Assembly: GCA_023379025.1 (NCBI GenBank)
Contig: JAMCTH010000009.1
Span: 69,092-133,091 of the forward strand
DNA length: 64,000 bases
Direction: 5' to 3'
From: Patescibacteria group bacterium
GTDB taxonomy: Bacteria > Patescibacteriota > Microgenomatia > UBA10105 > UBA927
Positions 29,701-38,981 of this stretch are shown one piece after another. Made by a program: the position numbers and the translations under genes. A model generated the notes under the pieces. The model searched no databases. It was not told the DNA's origin and saw only the letters and a program-made list of their open reading frames with translations. Position 1 is the stretch's first letter. Every line of letters starts with the position of its first letter.

Positions 29701-31407
29701 TTATGACAATTTCCCCAAAAAATCGTTTATCTTTTGTTCTATTGCCGAACGACGGTATGCGAGAAATTCTTGAAAATTATCCATCTCCCAAAGCCGTTTA
29801 TCTGCCGGAATAAGTTGGGACGTAAGCGCTGTCTCACCGCGTTTTGGAATAATTTCATTTGTAAAGTAATCGATTGGCTCTCTGTCTAGTATGTGCCTGT
29901 TCGTTTTCCCTCCGATAAATGCAAGGTTAGCAATTTCGTTTATATCCTTGGAGTCAATGTTCCGTTTGGTTAGCTGGGCTTTAGGAAATATATGATGCCA
30001 TTGAATTTTATGCGTATCCCCTAGCGTTTTATCCGAAAGCTGCAGCCCAGTCAGCCAATCCTTTGCGCCATTTGCCTTTAGTACAAAATACAGCATGGTA
30101 AATATAGGACTAACTGTCGTCTTACCCGCAAGCTCGCCGGGTTCAAGTTCAAATCGCCGTACGTGCTCCTTGAGCTTGGCAATCAAATCATCGAGCGTAC
30201 CTCCACGAAACAATACTGCTAAATCCGCATCCAAAATAGATTCCGAAGATCCCATTCCATAGTGTCCGCGTATGTGAGCCAGGAAAAACCATCGCAACAG
30301 CTTCTTTTCCTCATCCATGCTCAATTGCTCATTGTGAAGGTACGCAAAAACGGCGATTGGAACGACAAGCATGGGTGACGATAAATATTCCAGATTGTCA
30401 ATTCCAGCGTTTTTCCGAAGGAAGTTCACGGCAAACCGCAGGCTGTTTTGAGCAATATCCCATGCTTCCGCCAACTTTTCTTTGGAATACCGACCAATGG
30501 TCTTGAATTTGCTTTGTTTTGTCGCAAACACGGTCATGAAGCGCACGAGTAACCAATCAAACACATAATCTGAATCGTCCCCAAATGTCTCAGCAAAGTC
30601 ATCCATGAGATTCATAAATCCGCGCCATTTGGCTGTGATTTGTGCTAATGCCAGATCAGAACCCCGTAGTTTCACCCCAAGTGAATTTACGCGGACAAAT
30701 ATCTCCGTTACCTCCTCATACGACATTTCGCTCTCGAGGAGTTGTATGTCATACATATATTTTTCAATATCTTTTACTTTCTGCAGCCGATCGGAGTAAC
30801 GGAGGTAGTTGGGGTCCTCAAACGAGGTGACGCCCGCGCGCTTGAGAATTTCCGCATGGTTTTTATTGAATATATCCGATACGGATACCCATGTGGGTAT
30901 GTTTTTCAGCGCCCGGGACGTAACTACAAACGTCCGTTTTTTCAGTTCCTCCTGGATATCCCGGTCATCACCGTCATTTTCCATTTGTTCGTCAATATCA
31001 GCGGTTTCCGCTTCTTCATCCACTTCCAGGACTTCTATTGGCGGCCCTTCCGGATGCTCAAGATTAAAAAGGATTTCAATGGGCCGTTTTCTGTTCCTCA
31101 CAATAATCGGTTGCCCGGTTAATATTGCGGCAAGCGAGGTGATTCTCTGTTGGCCGTCCAACAACAACCATCTGCTGAGCGGTAAATTCGGTTTCGTGGC
31201 ATCCACGGACAAGCCGTGCGTTACCACATTTTCGGACGTTTGCCACACTAAAATACTTCCGGAAGGATAATTGCGATACAGGGAATCAAGGAGGTCGCGG
31301 ACCCGAGTTGCAGTCCACACGTATTTGCGCTGCATCTCCGGAAGCTGTAGCTCATCGTTCTGAACTTTATTAACCAAATCCCGAACGGAAATATCGCTTT
31401 TCTGCAT
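29701..31407 (-). CDS. GmrSD-family type IV (modification-dependent) restriction endonuclease, DUF262-DUF1524
   Basis: 568 aa. N-terminal ParB-like DUF262 with (L)LDGQQRITSL motif; C-terminal DUF1524 His-Me finger QWHHIFPKAQL...N...N. Confidence 0.8.
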   Translation of the reverse strand: MQKSDISVRDLVNKVQNDELQLPEMQRKYVWTATRVRDLLDSLYRNYPSGSILVWQTSENVVTHGLSVDATKPNLPLSRWLLLDGQQRITSLAAILTGQPIIVRNRKRPIEILFNLEHPEGPPIEVLEVDEEAETADIDEQMENDGDDRDIQEELKKRTFVVTSRALKNIPTWVSVSDIFNKNHAEILKRAGVTSFEDPNYLRYSDRLQKVKDIEKYMYDIQLLESEMSYEEVTEIFVRVNSLGVKLRGSDLALAQITAKWRGFMNLMDDFAETFGDDSDYVFDWLLVRFMTVFATKQSKFKTIGRYSKEKLAEAWDIAQNSLRFAVNFLRKNAGIDNLEYLSSPMLVVPIAVFAYLHNEQLSMDEEKKLLRWFFLAHIRGHYGMGSSESILDADLAVLFRGGTLDDLIAKLKEHVRRFELEPGELAGKTTVSPIFTMLYFVLKANGAKDWLTGLQLSDKTLGDTHKIQWHHIFPKAQLTKRNIDSKDINEIANLAFIGGKTNRHILDREPIDYFTNEIIPKRGETALTSQLIPADKRLWEMDNFQEFLAYRRSAIEQKINDFLGKLS

Positions 31408-31470
31408 ACTTCTGCCCTATTTTACACCCACCCCGCCCTTTTCGCGATGATAACAAATTTAAAAATCTCA

Positions 31471-32658
31471 TTACCTTTTATTCACTCGGTGGCGCGCTAT
31501 GCGGTAGCTGTCATCAAATAATTCGTAATAATCGCCGTAGATATATTTTTGTCCGTATACCGCAGTTCCGAGCGGCTCAAGTATATCCAGACGCATAAGG
31601 CGTTCGATCACGTTATATGCGCCCGGCGCCGTAAAACCTGTCCATTTCATAATTTCCGCGACTCCCACAATCGGCTGGCCAAACAGTTTCCGAACGAGCC
31701 CTAAGGTTAATGCTGCAGATTTTTTGCCGAGCATTTGCATTTTTGCAAAATCGCGGTCACGAAGTGCTGTAATCCGGGCACAGGTTTCTATAGACGATTC
31801 CGCTGTTTCCGCAACCCCATCCAAAAAAAACTCCAACCATCCGTCAACATCAGATTCGTCATCGTGATATGTTTGCAACTTCTCATAATAAAGCTTGCGG
31901 TACTTTTTAAAGTAACCCGACAGATAGAGAACCGGCAATTCCAAAAGCTTCGCATGCTGCATGTACATCGCGACCAGCATACGGCCCGTACGTCCGTTTC
32001 CGTCCGTGAACGGATGAATCGTCTCAAATTGTGCATGGATGAGTCCGGCTTTCACAAGCGACGGGTACTCATCTTCGGCATGCATAAACAATTCCAAGTC
32101 TTGAAGACTTGCGACCATATCTTCTGGCGCAGGCGGCACAAAAGATGCATCCATCGGCGTCTTGCCTCCGATCCAATTTTGACTCCTCCGGAATTCACCC
32201 GGGTACGCATGCTGCGTTGCCCGTGCGCCAGTCATGAGTTTCTTATGCAGCTCCCGGATCAAACGAAGAGAAATCGGTAATATTTCCGATCTCTTCATAC
32301 CGTAATTCATTGCCTCCACGTAGTGGATAATGTCATCCACGTCCGGCTCCAAACGCGATTTTTCTTCGGTCACTGGCGCTGCCACGGCATCTTGCAGTGT
32401 TGCTCTAGTCCCTTCGATTTGGCTGGAATAGGTAGCGTCTTTTTTGACAAACATCAAAAGAAAAAAATCTTTGTCCGGCAGTAACCGGGTGATGCCGTCC
32501 AGCTTGCCGACCAAACGGATCGCACGTTCATGTTTTTTATGGAGGAACGCTCGTATAGGGAATCCGCTCTTCGGTGGGAACGGGAAGGGCGTAAACGACG
32601 AGTATCCGTCTTTCTGTGCTATATACCGACCAATGCGTGGTTTGTTTATATTGCTCAT
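31471..32658 (-). CDS. Fic family protein (AMPylase-type; Fic_N plus Fic plus C-terminal wHTH)
   Basis: 395 aa; canonical Fic motif HPFTDGNGRTGR. Confidence 0.85.
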   Translation of the reverse strand: MSNINKPRIGRYIAQKDGYSSFTPFPFPPKSGFPIRAFLHKKHERAIRLVGKLDGITRLLPDKDFFLLMFVKKDATYSSQIEGTRATLQDAVAAPVTEEKSRLEPDVDDIIHYVEAMNYGMKRSEILPISLRLIRELHKKLMTGARATQHAYPGEFRRSQNWIGGKTPMDASFVPPAPEDMVASLQDLELFMHAEDEYPSLVKAGLIHAQFETIHPFTDGNGRTGRMLVAMYMQHAKLLELPVLYLSGYFKKYRKLYYEKLQTYHDDESDVDGWLEFFLDGVAETAESSIETCARITALRDRDFAKMQMLGKKSAALTLGLVRKLFGQPIVGVAEIMKWTGFTAPGAYNVIERLMRLDILEPLGTAVYGQKYIYGDYYELFDDSYRIARHRVNKR

Positions 32659-32699
32659 ACGAATATAAACATATTATACTATTTTGTTTATATTTGCAA
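32643..32699 (-). promoter_or_regulatory. sigma70-like promoter (TTGCAA-N15-TATAAT) with three TGTTTATAT/ATATAAACA half-sites straddling the fic start codon; candidate operator
   Basis: TGTTTATAT at 32643-32651, ATATAAACA at 32663-32671, TGTTTATAT at 32685-32693. -35 TTGCAA at 32694-32699 and -10 TATAAT (minus strand) at 32673-32678. Confidence 0.4.
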
Positions 32700-33767
32700 C
32701 ACCAATGTAAACGAACCGTGTAACCCTTTTCTATCCCCGGAGTGGGGAAAAATAGTTTCTGACACATGTAATTGCACCGTCCGGAACATATTTCCGCGAC
32801 CATCCCTCTTCACTCAATTTTGTCAATTTATCGTGAATTTGGCTAAAAAATCGGCGGTATTCACGTTATTTCATCGTCATTGCGCCGTAGACCAATCCTA
32901 TGGGAATCACAAAGATGCAGAGGGGGCTACCGGTCCGCCCACGATAAACCCGACTGCTACGATTCCGTCCCATCAACCCTCTCTCCCCCGTTGACAAAAC
33001 GCGCGCAGAAATCCCGATGCTTCAGATCACTGTTTGCACCGAAAGCACCCGGAGTGGAAGAGTGGAAAACGAAACGATGTCAGAAACAAACACCATCACC
33101 CGCAAACTCGTCCGGATCCGCAAGACCATCGGACACCTCCGCATACCGCCTGCATCGTTTTATGTCATCGCCTGCAGTCACCAAACGCTCCGCATCCTGG
33201 AGCGCACCGGTGATACCACGAAACTCCACACCCATGTGCTCCGTCATATGGCGGCGCCGGAACAGATTACACGTCTCGTCCGTTCGGCCATTGCCGGAAC
33301 CGACACAAAACCCCTCGCCGCGGCCTATGCCGGACCGCGCTCCGGATTGTTCCATACGGTTGCGTCCCTCTTGTGGTTTGGGGATGACGTCATTCCGGCC
33401 GTCATCTTCCCCGAACACAAAGGTCGAGGGAACGGACACGCCCTTCAGGAACTGGTCCCGGACGGCCCGGATGTTTTCCGATACCCACGACCTCCTTCAG
33501 ACGCTTTCGCCCGACAACGAAGTAGCGGTCCGGCCGCTCGTGACCATCGGGGGCTATCGCGACACTACTTCGGAGGACGGCATGAGTACGCTTCTAAACC
33601 TCGCTTCCCGCGTCAAAAAGATACGCATACTCTTCATCAGTGCAACTCCTCGGTGAGGCGGGGTTGCCCTCATGCGGCATGCCCTCATCCCCAAGCAGGA
33701 AATTTTGAAATCACCAAAACCAAATTCTTCAACGTCCTCCAGGGAATAAACGGTCCTGACATCGTCC

Positions 33768-34274
33768 TCACCTCCGGGGAGAAAAACTGTATGAAGCATG
33801 GATCGGGGATAATCTCCGCCTTCTGGCGCCGGCCAGGCACGCGTTAGGAAGGGCGAGTGCGCGTGTGGCTACAATGGAAGGCATATCCCCTTCCCGTCCC
33901 GGGTATCTGTCGAGGATCTGCGTGAACCGATCGGAAAATGCCGCGTCACTGAACGCGCCGCCGTGACAGATGACCGCCGTGTCTCCCGGCGGCAGGCCAA
34001 ATGCATGGAAGAGTCCCCGGGCGGCAACGGCAGTCACAAGCACCGCAGTGTCCATGAGCTGTTGTGCGTCACGGTCACCGCCCCTCGCCCGAGCGGCTTT
34101 CAGGGCTGTCCCGCCGATATCCACTGCCCAGACCAAACGCGCTCCCACTCCGCGCGCGTCAGACGGAAACAGGTCCTGCATCCGTCCGACACACTCTGCC
34201 GGAAGCGATTCCTGGATAAACAAGCGTGCCGCGTACGCAACTCGTTCTGCTACGGGAACATCTGTATGAAACAT
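33768..34274 (-). pseudogene. possible remnant of a ROK/BadF-type sugar kinase (N-terminal DIGGT motif only)
   Basis: LVWAVDIGGTALKAARARGGD resembles the N-terminal phosphate-1 motif of ROK/glucokinase or BadF ATPases. The ORF is far too short and surrounded by overlapping junk ORFs. Weak. Confidence 0.25.
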
Positions 34275-34442
34275 GACACAATTTCTTTGTATTGCGTCTC
34301 TTTCCTATGTCACGGTAATTCTGTTCGCCAGACGGACCGGCCCCCGCACCGAATACGCAGCGGATGTTTTCGTTCCCGGAATGCCAATCCTCCCGCGGTC
34401 GTTCGGGCAGGAGTTTCGTCTTCTGCCGGTGCAATCCGGGCA

Positions 34443-34643
34443 TTATTTCCTCTTTTTCGAAAACTGATACGCTACGTAACTCAGGTACCACAGGAATAAA
34501 CCGGCAACAAAGCTGAGCCACGCCGGGACGCTCCATGTATCATATATCAGTACATATCCCGTAAAAATACGGATAATGTGCAGGAGCCCTACAACGCAGA
34601 ATATCACGCTGGTCAGCTGAAAAAAGGTTTTGGCAGAAAGCAT
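34443..34643 (-). CDS. small two-helix membrane protein, hypothetical
   Basis: MLSAKTFFQLTSVIFCVVGLLHIIRIF...WLSFVAGLFLWYLSYVAYQF; start taken at the internal Met of the 104-aa ORF. Confidence 0.4.
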   Translation of the reverse strand: MLSAKTFFQLTSVIFCVVGLLHIIRIFTGYVLIYDTWSVPAWLSFVAGLFLWYLSYVAYQFSKKRK

Positions 34644-34931
34644 ACGGTTCACCTCCTTTCTGACAGGCGCTTGGAAACGTCCTCCTAAATCCCGACAAAA
34701 ACTGCCGGATTTAAGATAAACAGACAAAACAGCGTCATTACCCCGATGAGACCCCATGCGATAAACGGATTCACCTCCCGGTGCCAGACGGACTGTTTGC
34801 GCGGTGCGTGCCGCAGCGCATGGGCGTGCTTTTTCTTCTCTTTCTTTTTCACGGGCAGCTCACCTCCCTTTAACGGTACCTCTTCTATCGAACCACTCAG
34901 GACCCCCGCCTGTCAACCGTACCGCCTTTAC

Positions 34932-35144
34932 TCATACGGTAATACTGCGCGGCGCGTCCTCAGCGACCCGGCCGCCGGCCGCATCATCAATGAAAACGCT
35001 CTCGCTAAAACCGAGTCGCGTTGCGATGTTCTGACGCGTCTTGCCGGAAAAACGTTTATCCGCGTCAGACACGATCCCTACCGGATTGCCAAAGTTTCCT
35101 CCCGGGTCGGTAAACACACGCAGAATCGTAAGCAGGACACGCAT
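34932..35144 (-). pseudogene. PhzF-family (phenazine biosynthesis-like isomerase) N-terminal fragment, truncated after about 70 aa
   Basis: RVFTDPGGNFGNPVGIVSDADKRFSGKTRQNIATRLGFSESVFI matches the PhzF/YddE N-terminus (FT..PF.GN.AGVV...L....MQ.IA.E...SETAFL). The remaining about 200 aa are absent. Confidence 0.55.
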
Positions 35145-35219
35145 ACTTCTTCCATCATATCAAATACGACGTTTCTTTCCCTCCCCACCTTTTCTTGACG
35201 GATACCGTACAATGAGAGC

Positions 35220-35729
35220 ATGGAACCTATCCTGGGAATCGTCCTTCGCTCGGTGGCGGTCTACATTTTCATCGTCCTCGCAATCCGGTTTTTCGGAAAA
35301 AAGGAAATCGCGCAGCTGTCGGTTGTCGACCTGGTCTTCATCCTCCTTATCAGCAACTCAGTCCAGAACGCCATGGTCGGCGACAACAGCACGCTCCTCG
35401 GGGGCTTAGTTGCCGCGACCGCCCTTTTCCTCATCAACGCCCTCTTCAAAATCCTCCTGTTCCGGTCCAAAAAACTCAACGAGTTCATCCAGGGATCACC
35501 GCTAATGCTTATTTACCGGGGACGGGTTATGGTCCGGCACCTCAAAGAAGCGCAAATTTCTATGGACGAGCTTGAAGCGGCGGTCCGCGAGCACGGCGCG
35601 GCAAAAATCAGCGATGTGGACCTTGCCGTCCTTGAAGTCGACGGCAATATCAGCGTCCTTTCAGAAAACTTCCGCAGGGAAACCGTCCGCCGCAGACGCG
35701 CCCACAAAGTCATAGCAAAAAACCAGTAA
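35220..35729 (+). CDS. DUF421 (YetF-like) membrane protein
   Basis: 169 aa; N-terminal TM helices and conserved ...QLSVVDLVFILLISNSVQNAM... and C-terminal ...LAVLEVDGNISV segments, typical of the YetF/YdfS family. Confidence 0.65.
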   Translation: MEPILGIVLRSVAVYIFIVLAIRFFGKKEIAQLSVVDLVFILLISNSVQNAMVGDNSTLLGGLVAATALFLINALFKILLFRSKKLNEFIQGSPLMLIYRGRVMVRHLKEAQISMDELEAAVREHGAAKISDVDLAVLEVDGNISVLSENFRRETVRRRRAHKVIAKNQ

Positions 35730-35745
35730 TATCTGCTGCCCGGGC

Positions 35746-36279
35746 ATGGTGAAGCCAGAACTCGGATTTATCGGCTGCGGACGGCATGCCGCCATGTGCA
35801 TCTATCCCTCTCTTGAAGCTCTCGGTATCAAACTCTCAGCGGTTTGCGCACTCCATAAAGACCATGCGGATGCGGTCGCACGGAAATATGATATCCCCCA
35901 TAGTTATGATACGTACCGGGAAATGCTCGGCAAAGAAAAGCCTGACGCCGTCTTTGTTGCTGCCGGAGAAAACGCGCATATAAAAATCGTTGCCGACATG
36001 CTCTCCGCGGGTGTTCATGTCTTTGTGGAAAAACCACTTGGCTTAACTGTTGCGGATGCCAAGCGTATTGCCCTCTTATCACAAAAAACCGGCAAACACA
36101 TACAGGTTGGGTTTATGAAACGCTTCTCACCGATCTACCAAAAAGCCAAACGCCTTATGGGTGACAAGACGCGCTTCGGTTCGCCGGTTTGCCTCCACGG
36201 GATATTCACCTGCCGGAACTTCGGTTTCGGAACGGATGACCGAAAATTTCTCCTAAACGCCGCGGTGGCAGATCATTGA
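35746..36279 (+). CDS. Gfo/Idh/MocA-family NAD(P)-dependent oxidoreductase (N-terminal Rossmann part; apparently frameshifted from the 36296..36481 continuation)
   Basis: ELGFIGCGRHA...VFVAAGENAHIKIVADMLSAGVHVFVEKPL is the Gfo/Idh/MocA N-terminal signature. A stop at 36277-36279 is followed by a 61-aa ORF in another frame, so the gene is probably disrupted. Confidence 0.55.
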   Translation: MVKPELGFIGCGRHAAMCIYPSLEALGIKLSAVCALHKDHADAVARKYDIPHSYDTYREMLGKEKPDAVFVAAGENAHIKIVADMLSAGVHVFVEKPLGLTVADAKRIALLSQKTGKHIQVGFMKRFSPIYQKAKRLMGDKTRFGSPVCLHGIFTCRNFGFGTDDRKFLLNAAVADH

Positions 36280-36483
36280 AGAAGAGGAAACGCACATGAG
36301 TTCCGTGGATTCGACAAGCTCCGGCGGACTCCAACCGCTCTACCTTACCGGATTTGTCGGGGAACTTCGGGAATTTGTAGCCTCTGTCGGCAATAACACC
36401 TGGAGGGAAAATTCAGCGGAGGAAAACGTCAAAACCATGAAACTCTGCGAAAAACTTCTGTCTTCCCTTGAAGCGGTCTAATG

Positions 36484-36969
36484 TCAGAGGATGCTCCGGA
36501 TAACGCGTTTGGTATTTTCAAACATCCGAAGGCGAAGCGCTTCGTCTTTGGTAAACCACCCGATGCCTTCGGCTTCACCGGGAGCATGCCGGACCATCTG
36601 CTCCGGCAACGCGACACGGTAATTGAGATCCAGATGAAAATGCGCGGGTTCCGTACCCACACGGGGAATTGCCTGTTCCATAAAAAAATCCGGCAACGGA
36701 AGATATGACGCAACAGCATCTATCTGCTCAAGCCGGGGCAGAAGTGAACGTATGTCCAGTCCCGTCTCTTCCTTCGCCTCGCGCGCAGCCGCTTCGACCG
36801 GGTTTTCCCAGGACTCTATATGGCCGCCGGGCTGCATCCACGTGCCGAGTTTTTTGTGATGAATGAGAAGGATTTTTTTGGAAGCGCCATCCGTGACCAT
36901 CCACACGGAAACGGTAAAATGTTTATCCCCTTCATGGGCCGCTTTTCTCATACATACCCCTATAATCAA
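36484..36969 (-). CDS. NUDIX hydrolase
   Basis: Nudix box GGHIESWENPVEAAAREAKEETGL. Confidence 0.8.
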   Translation of the reverse strand: MIIGVCMRKAAHEGDKHFTVSVWMVTDGASKKILLIHHKKLGTWMQPGGHIESWENPVEAAAREAKEETGLDIRSLLPRLEQIDAVASYLPLPDFFMEQAIPRVGTEPAHFHLDLNYRVALPEQMVRHAPGEAEGIGWFTKDEALRLRMFENTKRVIRSIL

Positions 36970-37027
36970 TCACAGAGACTCCATGATGTAACCAATGCCG
37001 TATCCAATACCGTAGGACTTCCTCATG

Positions 37028-37525
37028 TTACCGTCTGGAGGTGCCTTCCGCGGACTGATGTCCAGCCAAGGCGAGTTGTGTCAAAAACGATCCTATTACT
37101 CTGATGTTCAACAGGGGTAATGTCGGCTTGGGGAGGATTATGTCCTTCTGTTTTGCCGCCGCATGGAATTCCAAAGCCTGTTTTGTACGCAGTGCTGCAA
37201 GTTCTAACTGCGCTCTCATGAGATCCGGGTATTTGCTGTCAACCCAGGTGGAACGCATCAGCATGCCGCTTGCAACCGCAGGCAACGCCTCAACACCCAG
37301 TGTTTCAATAAAATCTGCAACGTCATTCGGAGAAGGACCATGCTCAGGGGTAACATGTTTTACAGCGAATACTGTTACCTGATCATCGATATGCCGGGGC
37401 AATGGTCTTGCGGGATACATCAAATCAACCGGGCTCGGATTTGGTTCTTGAACTGCCGGATAGGCAACCATTTCGGCCAGCGCTAATATTGAATTTCTCG
37501 CACCTTCCGTCTCAAGCGGATCCAT
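37028..37525 (-). CDS. hypothetical protein
   Basis: 165-aa ORF without recognisable motifs; coding-like composition. Confidence 0.35.
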   Translation of the reverse strand: MDPLETEGARNSILALAEMVAYPAVQEPNPSPVDLMYPARPLPRHIDDQVTVFAVKHVTPEHGPSPNDVADFIETLGVEALPAVASGMLMRSTWVDSKYPDLMRAQLELAALRTKQALEFHAAAKQKDIILPKPTLPLLNIRVIGSFLTQLALAGHQSAEGTSRR

Positions 37526-37754
37526 AGTTTTTATGCTACCGGGTTTCCCTACTCAATGCAAATACTGACTCGAAAAAAGCATTTTGCTCATCAGGGCAGA
37601 ATGATATACCCCATTTCCCATCTTATCAGCCGGCGGGAAACAAGCATACGTTCGGGGAGTGGTAATGCGGATTACCGATGCGCGAAGATGGGTATGGTAC
37701 ACTGATGAATATCATCCGTTTTTCCGTGTATCCTGTTGCAGGATACACAATCAT

Positions 37755-38981
37755 ATGGGACCTATTGCGTCTGTTTTCAGAAAAATCTCTGCCTTTCCCC
37801 GCGCGGTGAAGCTCAGTATCATCGTGATCCTTCTTATCGTCGGAGGATTTGCTGTCTATCGCGTTCGTTCATCCGGCGGTACAAACGGCTATATCATGGA
37901 GCCGGTCAAACGCGGAACGGTCGTTGAAGTTGTCAACGATTCCGGAACGATTGTTTCGGGTGGATATGTAGATATTGCATCCCCAAGCGATGGGATCATC
38001 GATGCCATCTATGTTCAGAACGGACAACCGGTCAAACCCGGAGACAAACTCTTTACCGTCATAAGCAGCGCGACAAAAGAGGAACAGGAATCGGCATATT
38101 CCACATATCTCGCCGCCGTATCCGCGCTCAAAGCATCTCAGGGGACGGCACACTCACTGCGCTCGGCCATGTATACCAAATGGAAAACGTATTTTGACCT
38201 TGCGACAAACGATACATACGAAAAAAGTAATGGTGTTCCTGATGAAACCAACAGAAACGCCGCGGAATTTCAATCCGCCAAAGAAACCTGGCTCGGGGCG
38301 GAGCAGCAGGTGATCAATCAGGATGCAGTCGTTTCTGCCAATCAGGCGGCTGTCACGGCTGCATGGACTGCCTACCAGGCGACACAAACGACAACGGTCA
38401 CGGCCGAGATTCCGGGTATCGTCGAAAACCTCGCTGTTGCCTCCGGCAGTGCCGTACAGGCGGTAACGGCTCTCAATCCGAACGTTCTGCCGGTCCTCAT
38501 GATCAGCTCCGGCGGCACACCGGAAACCGACCTTGCCGTAAGCCAGACGAATATCGCGGGGGTCAAACCCGGACAAAAAGCCGTCATCTATCCGGACGCG
38601 TATACGGACCGGAATTTCCCGGGCACGGTCGCCCGGGTGGATACGGTCGGACATACCACCGCCGGTGTCGTGAGCTACAACGTCTATATCCGGATGAATG
38701 ATTCCCGGGGCCTTCTCAAACCCGGTATGACGGTAGACGGGGACATCATGACAAACGAAAAAAAGAACGTGCTCACGGTCCCCAATTCTGCGGTCGTCCT
38801 CTACAAAAACGGGAAAGCGGTCCGCGTGCTCGCGGGCGGCACCATGACCTACATCCCCGTTGAGACCGGCATCAAAGGGGAAACCACGACGGAAATTGTC
38901 CGGGGTCTTCGTGAAGGCCAACAGGTTATCACCGCACTGACGAACGAAAAAGTAGAGCGCAAGGGCCTTCTGGGATTATGA
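37755..38981 (+). CDS. efflux transporter periplasmic adaptor subunit (HlyD/MacA family)
   Basis: N-terminal TM anchor (LSIIVILLIVGGFAVY), then coiled-coil and beta-barrel regions typical of membrane fusion proteins. Followed by ABC ATPase and FtsX permease genes with 4-bp overlap. Start chosen at the internal Met. Confidence 0.7.
   Translation: MGPIASVFRKISAFPRAVKLSIIVILLIVGGFAVYRVRSSGGTNGYIMEPVKRGTVVEVVNDSGTIVSGGYVDIASPSDGIIDAIYVQNGQPVKPGDKLFTVISSATKEEQESAYSTYLAAVSALKASQGTAHSLRSAMYTKWKTYFDLATNDTYEKSNGVPDETNRNAAEFQSAKETWLGAEQQVINQDAVVSANQAAVTAAWTAYQATQTTTVTAEIPGIVENLAVASGSAVQAVTALNPNVLPVLMISSGGTPETDLAVSQTNIAGVKPGQKAVIYPDAYTDRNFPGTVARVDTVGHTTAGVVSYNVYIRMNDSRGLLKPGMTVDGDIMTNEKKNVLTVPNSAVVLYKNGKAVRVLAGGTMTYIPVETGIKGETTTEIVRGLREGQQVITALTNEKVERKGLLGL

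Noticed and set aside
24237-32658. Search for an HsdR (motor/nuclease) subunit in the island
   Set aside because: No ORF in the island has DEAD/DEAH helicase motifs. The only helicase in the window (51353-52546) is a housekeeping DEAD-box RNA helicase. HsdR is treated as absent from this window.
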